Source: an uncultured Desulfobacter sp. (GTDB lineage Bacteria > Desulfobacterota > Desulfobacteria > Desulfobacterales > Desulfobacteraceae). Taken from it: DNA of 64,000 bases. The notes under the pieces were generated by a model. That model was not told the DNA's origin. It was given only the letters and a program-made list of their open reading frames with translations, and did no database searches. This document shows, one piece after another, positions 18,975 to 29,442 of the stretch. The stretch lies in NCBI GenBank assembly GCA_963665095.1, contig OY762069.1:3104001-3168000 (forward strand), given 5' to 3'. The position numbers and the translations under genes are program-made. The first letter of the stretch is position 1. Every line of letters begins with the position of its first letter.

Positions 18975-19779
18975 CGGAAACGAGTTCACCAATAATTGAT
19001 CCCACAAGCACCTTAGACTGAATGCGCACCGGCAGACGTCTTTCATCTGCTGTGATCCATAAACGCAACGTGGGTTTGTGGCTTTTTTTAAATACCCCGC
19101 CAAAATGGGTGAGTTCCGGCTCTACAACATAGGTGTCATACGCTGTATTAAAGCATGTGATGGTTTCACGGCCCACAACATGCGCCTTTCCCATAAAACA
19201 TTTTTTCCCGTCAGTGACAGGAAAGGTGATCTCACTATTTTGATCTAAATTGAGGCAACGCAATTTATAAAATGTTGAAAGCGGATCAAATGAGCCTGGA
19301 GGGATATTTACGGGCTTTCTTCCGCGGTTAAAATCTGAATATCTCACCGTCTGCTTCTCCCAGTCAAAGAGCGCCAGGACATCCCTTTTCTCGTGGCCCT
19401 TTCCTCTTTTTGAGTAACGCATTGAACGGGTAAAGCAGATATCTGTATAGGCATCAAATCTGTCCCGGACTTTGTAGAACACATCCACAAATGAAGACGT
19501 TTTCACTGTTAATAAAAAATGCCGGGAAGGCTGTTTGTCAAGCTGGGTGACAGGCAGAATTTCAAACACGGCTTCCCCGGCATCAACAGCGCCCCAGCGA
19601 ATATGATAGACCAGCCGCTCACCCGGCATAAAAGGGAACGATGCTGCCTGGGCTGTCTGCTCAGAAGCGATGACAGATGAAACGCTCCCTGCCCAAAAGG
19701 GCAGCACAATTACCAGAACAATCCAGGCAATAAAATTGCCAAGCAGAAACCCGGCTGGCCTTAAATGCTGCTTTTTCAT
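18964..19779 (-). CDS. DUF3108 family exported protein
   Basis: N-terminal hydrophobic segment, PGERLVY.IRWG, DPLS..Y.LR and LWITADERRLPVRI. Confidence 0.75.
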   Translation of the reverse strand: MKKQHLRPAGFLLGNFIAWIVLVIVLPFWAGSVSSVIASEQTAQAASFPFMPGERLVYHIRWGAVDAGEAVFEILPVTQLDKQPSRHFLLTVKTSSFVDVFYKVRDRFDAYTDICFTRSMRYSKRGKGHEKRDVLALFDWEKQTVRYSDFNRGRKPVNIPPGSFDPLSTFYKLRCLNLDQNSEITFPVTDGKKCFMGKAHVVGRETITCFNTAYDTYVVEPELTHFGGVFKKSHKPTLRLWITADERRLPVRIQSKVLVGSIIGELVSVTR

Positions 19780-20159
19780 TATATAGCTGCGGATTCCTTC
19801 TGAAGAACAGATACAAATGAAAGCCACAAAAAAGCAATCATTAAACAGGAGATTTGATCTCTCATCACTGGCCCCCTTTAATCCATCAATACCCAATCAG
19901 GGTGCAACCCTTTGAAAATCCCAAATGAGGTGCGGTTAAAATTTAATTTTAAAACACCCGGTGCAGGTTGACAAACAATATGTTAAACCCATTTTAAAAC
20001 AGCCCGGATAGTTTCTTTAAAAAACCCCGGGTCCTTTTGAAACAACCATGGCATCCGCCGGGAAATATCCGTATCAAAAGCAGTTTTTTTATTCAAACCG
20101 GATATTGGGCGAATGTCTTTTTCCAAAATGGAAACCCAGATAAAAAACAGGAAAATTCA

Positions 20160-22160
20160 ATGACCCCCAGTGACATCTCAGGCCTTTCAAGACTGGACCT
20201 TAACTTATGGAAGGAATACCTGGACATTGCCCAGGAGTTCTGGCTGCCACAGACGCTTAAAAGCCGGACACGGTTTATTCTGCTTTTGTGCCTGCTCATG
20301 GCCTTTGTGGCCTCTTTGCTCTTTTTTGTCGTTGCGGCCACCACAGGGCTGACCCACAGCCTGGTTCCGGAATTTGTCGCCAAAACAGCACCCGGGCTCA
20401 CAAACTGGATCAACGGCATTATCCACTCCCCGATGCTCTATTATCTTGTTGCAGGGTTTGTTGTGCCGGTTCTGGTATTTGGCATTTATTCCAAACGACT
20501 CAAAGGCTTTATGCTGCCCTGGGCCATCCTTGGGGTGCTGCTGCTGTTATCCTTTACCGTCAGCGGGCTGAATGTGGTGCTAAGTTACGTGGGCCGATTT
20601 TTCCAGACAGCGCTTGCCCAGAAAGACCAGCCTACCTTCTGGCGGTTTTTATATGTCTATGCCTCGGTATTTATCATAGGGACCCCCATTGTGGTTGTTT
20701 ACTCCTATATCCGCAAAAAACTGGGACTGTTCTGGCGGGAGTGGATCACCACAAACTTCATTGACAACTATCTTAAAAACCGGGCCTATTATGCCCTGAC
20801 CACCAGTCGGGAAATTGACAACCCGGACCAGCGTCTGGCCGAAGATTTAAGACAATTCACTGTCACCAGCTTGAGTTTTCTTCTCATTATCCTGGGCGCC
20901 ATTATTGACCTTGTAGCCTTTACCGGCATTCTGTGGTCCATCTCCCGGCTTTTATCCGGCATTCTTTTTGTCTATGCCTTTTGTGGCACCCTGATCACCA
21001 TATTCATCGGCAAACGCCTGGTGGGTCTCAATTACAACCAGCTACGCAAGGAGGCCGATTTCAGGTACGGCCTGATCCATATCCGGGACAATGCCGAATC
21101 CATTGCATTCTACCAGGGAGAAGAAGGTGAAAAAGCGCAGATCTTCAAACGGTTCAAAGAGGTATTAAAAAACTTTAACTTTCTCATCGGCTGGCAGCGG
21201 AACCTTGATTTTTTTACCACCGGCTACAATTACCTGGTGATTATCCTGCCGGCCATGATTGTGGCACCCATGTATTTTGCCGGCAAGGTGGAATTCGGTG
21301 AGATTTCCCAGGCCTCGTTTGCCTTTGGCCAGGTGCTGGGCGCCTTCTCCATTATTGTCCAGTATTTCGACAGCATCAGCGCCTTTGCTGCGGGCATCAA
21401 CCGTGTCTCCACTTTCAAGGAGCGCCTTTTCAGGGCATCCGGCTCAAAAGCTCCGGAAAACGGCTCCGGTCATACCCGCATCCAGCGAATCCAGAACGAG
21501 ACCATCCAGGTCCGGGATCTCACCCTGCAGACCCCTGATTACAAGCGCACCCTGATCCAGGACTTGACCCTTGACCTGGACAAGGGCGGCCGCATTCTGA
21601 TCATGGGCCACTCCGGCGCAGGGAAGAGCTCTTTACTGCGCGGAATTGCAGGACTGTGGGCCTCCGGCTCCGGCACCATTGAACATCCGCCGGCCAATAA
21701 AGTGATGTTTTTGCCCCAGAAACCCTATATGGTGCTGGGCAGCCTGCGGGAACAGCTCCAGTATCCCAGCGGCAGGCACCTGGACGACGACCAGATCAAA
21801 GAGGTCATGGATGCCGTCAACCTCACAGATCTCTACCGGAAAATGGAAAGTGCGGCCGGGGACAACTCATTCATAGACGCAGAAAACAACTGGGAAGAGA
21901 TGCTCTCCCAGGGAGAACAGCAGCGGCTGGCCTTTGCCAGACTTCTGGTCACAAAACCCGAGTTTGCCATCCTGGACGAAGCCACCTCAGCTTTGGACGT
22001 GGATAATGAAAAAGAATTATACAACACCCTGTCCAGGCTTGATATCACTTACATCAGTGTGGGTCACCGGCCCACATTAAAGGACTACCACGATAAAATC
22101 CTGTTCATACAGGAAGACGGCGGTTGGGAAATCCGGGACAGCTCTGGCAAATGTGATTAG
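20160..22160 (+). CDS. ABC transporter permease/ATPase fusion (YddA/ABCD-like)
   Basis: DNPDQRL, EADFRYGL, GHSGAGKSS, LSQGEQQR and ILDEATSALD. Confidence 0.9.
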   Translation: MTPSDISGLSRLDLNLWKEYLDIAQEFWLPQTLKSRTRFILLLCLLMAFVASLLFFVVAATTGLTHSLVPEFVAKTAPGLTNWINGIIHSPMLYYLVAGFVVPVLVFGIYSKRLKGFMLPWAILGVLLLLSFTVSGLNVVLSYVGRFFQTALAQKDQPTFWRFLYVYASVFIIGTPIVVVYSYIRKKLGLFWREWITTNFIDNYLKNRAYYALTTSREIDNPDQRLAEDLRQFTVTSLSFLLIILGAIIDLVAFTGILWSISRLLSGILFVYAFCGTLITIFIGKRLVGLNYNQLRKEADFRYGLIHIRDNAESIAFYQGEEGEKAQIFKRFKEVLKNFNFLIGWQRNLDFFTTGYNYLVIILPAMIVAPMYFAGKVEFGEISQASFAFGQVLGAFSIIVQYFDSISAFAAGINRVSTFKERLFRASGSKAPENGSGHTRIQRIQNETIQVRDLTLQTPDYKRTLIQDLTLDLDKGGRILIMGHSGAGKSSLLRGIAGLWASGSGTIEHPPANKVMFLPQKPYMVLGSLREQLQYPSGRHLDDDQIKEVMDAVNLTDLYRKMESAAGDNSFIDAENNWEEMLSQGEQQRLAFARLLVTKPEFAILDEATSALDVDNEKELYNTLSRLDITYISVGHRPTLKDYHDKILFIQEDGGWEIRDSSGKCD

Positions 22161-22197
22161 GATGGAGAATTACCAAAGTTTATTGTATAGATAGGTC

Positions 22198-22770
22198 ATG
22201 AACGATATTAAACGCTGCGGCTGGGTCACATCAGACCCTGTCTACATTCACTACCATGATACCGAATGGGGCGTTCCGGTGCATGATGACCGGAAAATTT
22301 TTGAATTCCTCATCCTGGAAGGGGCCCAGGCAGGGCTCTCCTGGCTCACCATTCTCAAACGCCGCCAGGGATATTGCAGGGCTTTCTGCGAATTTGATCC
22401 TGAAAAGGTGGCCCGGTTCACCGAAGCAGATATCCAGGAACGGCTTGGCGATCCGGGCATTATCAGGAACAAGCTCAAGGTGAGGGCTGCGGTCACCAAT
22501 GCCCGGGCTTTTTTAGATATCCAGGAGGAATTCGGATCCTTTGACGCCTATGCCTGGCGGTTTGTGGACGGAAGCCCTGTAATCAATCATTACACCACCC
22601 AGGACCAGGTACCGGCCACCTCCAGTCAGTCGGATGCATTCTCAAAGGATTTGAAGGGGCGCGGATTCAAATTTGCCGGATCCACAATTATTTACGCCCA
22701 CATGCAGGCCACGGGTATGGTCAATGACCATCTGGTCTCCTGTTTCAGATATCGGGAAGTCATGGTTTAA
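22198..22770 (+). CDS. tag: DNA-3-methyladenine glycosylase I
   Basis: RCGW, YHDTEWG, LEGAQAGLSW and GMVNDHL..C. Confidence 0.95.
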   Translation: MNDIKRCGWVTSDPVYIHYHDTEWGVPVHDDRKIFEFLILEGAQAGLSWLTILKRRQGYCRAFCEFDPEKVARFTEADIQERLGDPGIIRNKLKVRAAVTNARAFLDIQEEFGSFDAYAWRFVDGSPVINHYTTQDQVPATSSQSDAFSKDLKGRGFKFAGSTIIYAHMQATGMVNDHLVSCFRYREVMV

Positions 22771-22786
22771 AATAAGGGGAACTACA

Positions 22787-24355
22787 ATGATAATTGTCAC
22801 CACAAAACAGATGCAGCAGATGGATAAAAACACCATAGAGCAGTTCGGCATTCCGGGCCGGGTACTCATGGAAAATGCCGGCCGCGGCGCTCTTGAGATG
22901 ATCTGCGACCAGTTTGATCTTGAGGATGCCCGGGTGGCAGTGGTGGCAGGCAGGGGCAACAATGGCGGAGACGGATTTGTGATTGGCCGTTACCTTATGG
23001 AGATGGGTGTGCCTGTCAGCTTCTTTCTCTTGTCCGCCCAGGAGCGGGTTACGGGAGATGCCAGGGAGAATATGCTCCTGGTTCAGGCCCTTTTAGCTGA
23101 ACACCCAGACTCACAGTTTATCGAAATTATCGATCAGGAGTCACTCGAATCCGCCAGAAGCATCCTGGTCCATCACAACGTTTTTGTGGATGCAATTCTC
23201 GGCACAGGGCTCAATTCAGATGTGAAAGGGCTTTACCGTGACGTGATTGAACTGATCAATCACGCCGGAGCCGCAGGCAGCGCTGTATTCAGTGTGGACA
23301 TTGCCTCCGGGCTCAATGCAGACACCGGCAGGGTGTGCGGAACCGCCATCCAGGCAGATGCCACTGCCACCTTTGCCTTTGCCAAGGCCGGCCATATTCT
23401 TTATCCGGGCAACTTTCACACTGGCGCACTGGAGGTCATTGACATTGGAATCCCGGGACACATCGCAAAGGCGGAACACCCGGACATCTTTCTGCCGGAA
23501 CCTGAAGATATTGCCCGGCTGATCCCGGACCGGCAATACAATGACCATAAGGGATGTTTCGGCCACCTGCTGGTGCTGGCAGGATCCCCTGGAAAAACAG
23601 GTGCTGCCGCCCTTTGCGCCAACGCTGCCATGCGCACCGGCGCAGGACTTGTCACTTTGGGCTGCCCGAACAGGCTGATGCCGGTGCTGGAATCCATGGT
23701 GGTGGAACCCATGACAGCCGGACTGGCCGATAATAGTGATGGCAGCCTGGATACCTCAGGCCTGGACGATATCATCGCGCTCATGGAGGACAAATCCGCC
23801 CTGGCTGTGGGTCCCGGCATGGGCACCGCACTTGGCACCTGTGAACTGGTCAAAAGTCTTCTGGCCATTGACAGCCTCCCCATGGTCATTGATGCCGACG
23901 GCCTGAACTGTATTGCAAAGGATCCCGGAATTCTTGCCACAGCCCAGGCACCGGTGATCCTGACCCCCCACCCCGGTGAAATGGCAAGACTCACCGGCCT
24001 GAGCACCTCAGAAATTCAGAACAACCGATTGCAGACAGCCAGAAAATTTGCACAAAAGCACAAGATTATCTGTGTGCTGAAAGGGGCCCAGACCCTGGTG
24101 GCCTGTCCGGACGGCGTGGTTTTTATCTGCCCGACCGGCAATCCCGGCATGGCCAGCGGCGGCATGGGGGATGTGCTTACCGGCATGATCGCAGCCTTCC
24201 TGGCCCAGGGACTTGAGCCGGAATCCGCCGCCCTGGCCGGTGCATATATCCACGGTTTCTGCGCTGACCTGCTGGCCGAAGACCATACCTTTGGATTTCT
24301 GGCCACGGACATGGTCGCCCATATCCCGGATGCACTGACCGCACTTTTGTCATGA
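22787..24355 (+). CDS. nnr: Bifunctional NAD(P)HX epimerase/dehydratase (YjeF)
   Basis: LMENAG, GNNGGDG, HKG.FG, DADGL, TPHPGEM and GGMGDVL. Confidence 0.95.
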   Translation: MIIVTTKQMQQMDKNTIEQFGIPGRVLMENAGRGALEMICDQFDLEDARVAVVAGRGNNGGDGFVIGRYLMEMGVPVSFFLLSAQERVTGDARENMLLVQALLAEHPDSQFIEIIDQESLESARSILVHHNVFVDAILGTGLNSDVKGLYRDVIELINHAGAAGSAVFSVDIASGLNADTGRVCGTAIQADATATFAFAKAGHILYPGNFHTGALEVIDIGIPGHIAKAEHPDIFLPEPEDIARLIPDRQYNDHKGCFGHLLVLAGSPGKTGAAALCANAAMRTGAGLVTLGCPNRLMPVLESMVVEPMTAGLADNSDGSLDTSGLDDIIALMEDKSALAVGPGMGTALGTCELVKSLLAIDSLPMVIDADGLNCIAKDPGILATAQAPVILTPHPGEMARLTGLSTSEIQNNRLQTARKFAQKHKIICVLKGAQTLVACPDGVVFICPTGNPGMASGGMGDVLTGMIAAFLAQGLEPESAALAGAYIHGFCADLLAEDHTFGFLATDMVAHIPDALTALLS

Positions 24356-24825
24356 CCTCGATCATATCTTTTTCTCCGGAACAGACCCAGGCGCTGGGTC
24401 AACGCCTGGGAGACGGCATCCAGGCGTCAGGCAATGGTTTTTCCATATCCCTGACAGGGGATCTTGGCACCGGAAAAACCTGCTTTGTCCAGGGCCTTGC
24501 CAAAGGGCTGGGCGTGGAAGAAGGCTTTTACATCACCAGCCCCACCTTCACCATCATGAATGAATATCCGGCCGGCACCCTTCGGCTGTGCCATCTGGAC
24601 CTCTACCGGCTGGGTGATGCGGACGAGCTCGACTATATCGGCATCGAAGACCGGATAGGGTCTGATGCCGTGACAGTTGTGGAGTGGCCCGACCTGCTCA
24701 TTGACACAGGGTTTGAATTTGATCTGGATATACATTTTTCCTATGATGACGACTTTAACAGAAAAATAACATTTTCCCCATCTGGACAATCAGGTCTAAA
24801 TCTGCTAAGCAACATTTCTTTATAA
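24352..24825 (+). CDS. tsaE: tRNA threonylcarbamoyladenosine biosynthesis ATPase
   Basis: GDLGTGKT, TSPTF, HLDLYRL and VEWP; follows nnr. Confidence 0.95.
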   Translation: MTSIISFSPEQTQALGQRLGDGIQASGNGFSISLTGDLGTGKTCFVQGLAKGLGVEEGFYITSPTFTIMNEYPAGTLRLCHLDLYRLGDADELDYIGIEDRIGSDAVTVVEWPDLLIDTGFEFDLDIHFSYDDDFNRKITFSPSGQSGLNLLSNISL

Positions 24826-24867
24826 TTATATTTTTATTAACAAAAGCTAAGATTCAGGAGCATATAT

Positions 24868-26085
24868 ATGCCGTTACGGGTACAAAAATACGGCGGCACA
24901 TCAGTGGCGGATCTGGAACGGATCTCCAAAGTGGCCGACCGGGTCCAGAAAGCCCATGACAAAGGAGACCAGATCGTGGTGGTCCTTTCTGCCATGGCCG
25001 GTGTGACCGACAAACTCATAGGTCTTGCCAAACAGGCCTCAAAACGTCCGGATAAACGGGAACTTGACGTACTGCTGGCCACAGGGGAGCAGACCACAGC
25101 CGCACTGCTTGCCATGATGCTCAAGGACAGAGGGTATAAAGCCAAATCTTTCCTGGGGTTCCAGGCCGGCATTCACACAGACCACATGTCCGGCAAAGCA
25201 AGAATCATGGACATTGACAACCATAATGTGCGTGACGCCATTGATGAAGGCAACATTGTTGTGGTGGCCGGATTCCAGGGTGCAGACGACCACGGGGACA
25301 TCACCACCCTTGGCCGGGGCGGATCCGACACCTCGGCTGTTGCCATTGCCGCATCCCTGAGTGCGGATGTCTGTGAAATATATACGGATGTGGACGGCGT
25401 TTACACCACAGACCCCCGGATCTGCCCGGATGCCAGGAAAATAGATATCATCTCATTTGAAGAGATGCTTGAAATGGCCGTTCTCGGGGCCAAAGTGCTT
25501 CAGATCAGGTCTGTGGAATTTGCAAAGAAATATAATGTACCCATCCATGTCCGGTCATCATTTAATGAGGAGGAAGGAACCTTGGTTGTCAACGAAGAAG
25601 CAAATATGGAAAGCCCGGTGGTGTCCGGCATCACCTGCGATATGAACGAAGCAAGAATCACGCTGAAACGCGTACCTGACCAGCCCGGGATCTCTGCTAA
25701 AATATTTGGTCCCCTGGCAGAAGCCGGCATCTCCGTGGACATGATCATCCAGAACACCCGGACCGGCGGCGAAACAGACCTGACCTTCACCGTCACCAAG
25801 GATGATTTTTTAAGGGCACGGGAAATTTCAGAAACAGTGGCAAAAGAGGTGGGGGCCGAAGAGATCAAAACTGCCGATGAAATTGCCAAGGTTTCTGTCA
25901 TCGGGCTTGGAATGAAAAGCCATTCCGGCGTGGCAGCGGTCATGTTCAAGGCCCTGGCAGAAGAAAATATCAATATCCGTCTGATTTCAACCTCTGAGAT
26001 CCGTATCTCCTGCGTGATTCTGGCCAAGTATGCGGAACTTGCAGTCCGGGCACTTCATAAAGCATTCGGATTAGACGGGAAATAA
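24868..26085 (+). CDS. lysC: Aspartate kinase
   Basis: [28 protein letters not shown] and two ACT domains. Confidence 0.95.
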   Translation: MPLRVQKYGGTSVADLERISKVADRVQKAHDKGDQIVVVLSAMAGVTDKLIGLAKQASKRPDKRELDVLLATGEQTTAALLAMMLKDRGYKAKSFLGFQAGIHTDHMSGKARIMDIDNHNVRDAIDEGNIVVVAGFQGADDHGDITTLGRGGSDTSAVAIAASLSADVCEIYTDVDGVYTTDPRICPDARKIDIISFEEMLEMAVLGAKVLQIRSVEFAKKYNVPIHVRSSFNEEEGTLVVNEEANMESPVVSGITCDMNEARITLKRVPDQPGISAKIFGPLAEAGISVDMIIQNTRTGGETDLTFTVTKDDFLRAREISETVAKEVGAEEIKTADEIAKVSVIGLGMKSHSGVAAVMFKALAEENINIRLISTSEIRISCVILAKYAELAVRALHKAFGLDGK

Positions 26086-26799
26086 CCCTTTTTCTATTTC
26101 TTGTGCGACCTTGTCAGCAGCTTTGGCCGGATCGTCGGCATCCCGGATGGGCCGGCCAATAACAATATAATCGGAACCAGCCGCCACTGCCTGAGCCGGT
26201 GTGGTTACCCGCTTCTGATCATCATTGGGCGACAGGTGCCACTCGGGGCGGATACCCGGGGTTACGGTCAGACAGCTTTTACCAAGATTTTCTTTGAGCA
26301 GGGCGGTCTCCCTGCCTGAACAGACCACACCCGCACACCCGGCAGCCATGGCCATGCGGGCCCGCAGCAGCACCAGGTCATCCGGGGCATCCACATATTC
26401 CTGCCTGAAGCCCTGGGCCTTTACCGCCTCCGCATCATTATCCGTGAGCAGGGTCACCCCAAGCACTTTGACGTTTCCGGCATTTTGAACCGCTGATTCA
26501 AGCATCTGCACCGAAGAAGCGCAGTGGACGGTAACCAGGTCCACCCCCAGCGCTGCCACCCGGGCCATGGCCCGGCCAACCGTGGCACTGATGTCATGCA
26601 GTTTCAAATCCAGAAAAATCCCGGCAGAGGAACGTTTCCTGACCATATCCACCACAGACGGCCCCTGCTCAATAAACAGTTCAAGTCCGATTTTAAACAT
26701 GCCCACATGACCGTCCAGCTGTTCTATGTGGGAAGCTGCCGCCTCCATGGAGGGGAAATCCAGAGGGAAAATAATATAATCACTTGCTCTTTTCTGCAT
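26071..26799 (-). CDS. pyrF: Orotidine-5'-phosphate decarboxylase
   Basis: [19 protein letters not shown] and VIGRPI. Confidence 0.95.
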   Translation of the reverse strand: MQKRASDYIIFPLDFPSMEAAASHIEQLDGHVGMFKIGLELFIEQGPSVVDMVRKRSSAGIFLDLKLHDISATVGRAMARVAALGVDLVTVHCASSVQMLESAVQNAGNVKVLGVTLLTDNDAEAVKAQGFRQEYVDAPDDLVLLRARMAMAAGCAGVVCSGRETALLKENLGKSCLTVTPGIRPEWHLSPNDDQKRVTTPAQAVAAGSDYIVIGRPIRDADDPAKAADKVAQEIEKGLFPV

Positions 26800-26906
26800 G
26801 GTCTGCCTTTTATAACATGGTATACATCAAACACCGGTAACAGTTTTTACGAACATATCACAAACCAGCTTTGTTTTCCGTAAAAAGTTCTTGAAGGAGA
26901 TTAGGT

Positions 26907-27518
26907 ATGACCAATAACTACCACCGGCTCATAAAACAAAACCTTGCCACCCTTTTTGCATCCCTTCCCAACGATCTTGACCAGCGAATTTCCGCCTGCA
27001 GGGAGAATGACCGTTTTGCATTAAATGCCTTTGGCCGCAGATGTATTATCAGCCCTGACACCATCACTTTCATCCCTGAGCAGCCGGATACAGATGCCAT
27101 CACCGGCCTGCTGGTTTCCCTGTATGCCCTGAACGCCTCGGATGCACCTGTCTGTCTGACCCCGCTGAAAGCATTCAAGGAATTTCCCAACTCCATGCCA
27201 TATGCCGGGGCCTTTACCACTCACACGGAACAGCTTTTAGTGGAGCATGTTGCTGATATCAAGACCCGGATTCCTGCCATCATGGAGGTGCTGAACGGAC
27301 AGGCTGCACCAGCCGGTACTAACGGAGATTTCTCCTTTGTGGTCTATCCCCTGCCTAAAATCGCTTTATGCTATATTTTTTATGAGGCAGACCCGGACTT
27401 TCCTGCCGGTGTAACCAGCCTGTTTTCAGGCAATGCAGACCAGTTCATGCCCATTGACGGCCTGGCTGATGTGGGAGAATATACTTCCCGGCGCATCATT
27501 GATATTCTAATAAATTAG
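26907..27518 (+). CDS. DUF3786-like protein
   Basis: FKEFP...Y..AF, GDFS....PLPKI and ADPDFPA pattern; AAGGAG RBS. Confidence 0.7.
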   Translation: MTNNYHRLIKQNLATLFASLPNDLDQRISACRENDRFALNAFGRRCIISPDTITFIPEQPDTDAITGLLVSLYALNASDAPVCLTPLKAFKEFPNSMPYAGAFTTHTEQLLVEHVADIKTRIPAIMEVLNGQAAPAGTNGDFSFVVYPLPKIALCYIFYEADPDFPAGVTSLFSGNADQFMPIDGLADVGEYTSRRIIDILIN

Positions 27519-27907
27519 TGGACAGATAACCTGGTATCTTGGTGGCATTAAATTTTTGAATTGATTATTTATGCGTTTTTATGGTAACAAAATTGGTATC
27601 ATTGTCTCCCGGCAGCTTATTAATTTTTTAAGATGCATTCTTACAGGAATTATAAAAGTATATAATCAGGTCCGGATTCAATATGAAATCCGTTCCTGCC
27701 TGCTGGTGGTTCAGACTGAAGGATACCAGCTGTTTCGCGGATTCAAAAGAACCCGTGGACCAGGTTTTCCGGCTACAGGAAAGAAAAATGCCATGGGGAC
27801 GGAATATGTTAAAGCTGATTTATGTTTTTAAACTTCTTTGTTTTTGATGACTCCACTGGCACAGAAATCTGCACGGCAGGTGCCATTAAGAAACGGAAGG
27901 GAACTCA

Positions 27908-28960
27908 ATGTTAAAAAACTTATATCCTGATTCCCTGGAGACAACGGGAAGATACCTGCGGATGATCCTCAAGGAAATCGCGGAACTAAAACTTCCTTAC
28001 AATCCAATTGTGTATTCGGTCTGGTATGAATATATATCCGGCCGGAACCCGGAGCTGAATCAGGAAATCCAGGCAGCAAAGAATAAAAAGGAACTGATTG
28101 ACTTTCCCAAGGTGCTGGACTGGTTCAGACACCATGTATCTGATCGCCAGCTTTTAATCACCGAAGAAAAGACCATTAAGGCCGGCACCCTGCTTGACGG
28201 TGTGACCAGCCATCTGTCAAAAACAGGCAGCCAGATGAATGAACAGGGTGAATTGCTCAAAGCCCATACCTCCCGGCTTGAACACGCCTCATCTGAAGAT
28301 GACTTTAAAAATATTTCCCGGGACATAGTATCGGAAACCCAGCGAATCCTTGACGGTAATACCGCACTGAAAAATGACGTGCACAATACCATCAGTGAAC
28401 TGGACGCCCTGAAAAAGGAACTTAAAAATTTAAGGGAAGCGGCAAAAACAGATATGCTTACGGGTCTTTTAAACCGCAGAGGTTTTGAAGACACCATTGC
28501 AGAGCCCATGAAGACAGCCCAGGAAGAGACAGCTCCCCTGACCCTGATCATTGCGGACATTGACCTGTTTAAGCGGATAAACGACACCTATGGGCATCTC
28601 ACCGGTGACAATGTGCTTAAACTAATTGCCAAGCTCCTGCAAAAACATATCAAGGGCAAGGATGTTGCCGGCAGGTTCGGCGGGGAAGAATTTATCATGG
28701 TCCTGCCTGAAACCAAGCTGGACGGTGGCTTTGTCCTGGCCGAACAGATCCGCACAAGTCTTGAAAAAATGCGGTGGCAGTCAAAAAGCTCAGGCAAGGA
28801 CATCGGTACCATTACCATCTCCTTAGGCGTTGCCCAGTTTGCGCCGGGCGAAGACCTGAACGCCCTGATCCAGAGAGCGGATAAGGCCCTTTACGCGGCC
28901 AAGGAAAACGGCCGTAACCGTACCGGCACCCATAACGGCAAGGAGGTGGTTCTTCCGTGA
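27908..28960 (+). CDS. Diguanylate cyclase (GGDEF)
   Basis: DMLTGLLNRR, DIDLFKRINDTYGH, RFGGEEF and ADKALY.AK..GRN. Confidence 0.92.
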   Translation: MLKNLYPDSLETTGRYLRMILKEIAELKLPYNPIVYSVWYEYISGRNPELNQEIQAAKNKKELIDFPKVLDWFRHHVSDRQLLITEEKTIKAGTLLDGVTSHLSKTGSQMNEQGELLKAHTSRLEHASSEDDFKNISRDIVSETQRILDGNTALKNDVHNTISELDALKKELKNLREAAKTDMLTGLLNRRGFEDTIAEPMKTAQEETAPLTLIIADIDLFKRINDTYGHLTGDNVLKLIAKLLQKHIKGKDVAGRFGGEEFIMVLPETKLDGGFVLAEQIRTSLEKMRWQSKSSGKDIGTITISLGVAQFAPGEDLNALIQRADKALYAAKENGRNRTGTHNGKEVVLP

Positions 28961-29442
28961 AAAAGGGTCGATACACCCTGACAATGCTGGTTGAAAACGA
29001 GCCCGGTGTGACCGCCAGAATCACCGGGCTTTTTGCCGGCAGGGGATACAATATTGAAACCATCTGCGGTGCGCCCACAGCCAATCCCAAAATGTCCAGG
29101 ATCACCATTACCACCCATACCAGCCCTGACATGCTGGAACAGTGTAAAAAGCAGATCAAACGCCTGGTCAATGTGATCAAGCTGCGGGACATGACAGGCG
29201 AAAAAGCCGTTAAACGGGAAATGGCCCTGGTCTGCGTCAAGGCATTGCCCGAGCATCAGGATGCTGTGAAAACCCTGATCCGGGAATTTAACGGCACCAT
29301 GCTGGATGACAGCACCAGCCATTTTATATTTGAAGTCTGCGGGGATGAAGACACTATAGATGTGCTTCTGGAAAAGCTGTCACCCTTTGGCATTAAAAAG
29401 CTTGCCCGGTCTGGTGTTCTGGCGCTCTACCGGGAATCATAG
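28957..29442 (+). CDS. ilvN: Acetolactate synthase small (regulatory) subunit
   Basis: LVENEPGV.ARI.GLF..RGYNIE, KQI.RLVNVIK and REMALV. Confidence 0.9.
   Translation: MKKGRYTLTMLVENEPGVTARITGLFAGRGYNIETICGAPTANPKMSRITITTHTSPDMLEQCKKQIKRLVNVIKLRDMTGEKAVKREMALVCVKALPEHQDAVKTLIREFNGTMLDDSTSHFIFEVCGDEDTIDVLLEKLSPFGIKKLARSGVLALYRES

Noticed and set aside
27571..27831. 86-aa ORF upstream of the GGDEF gene
   Set aside because: No RBS or motif; the region looks like promoter and leader
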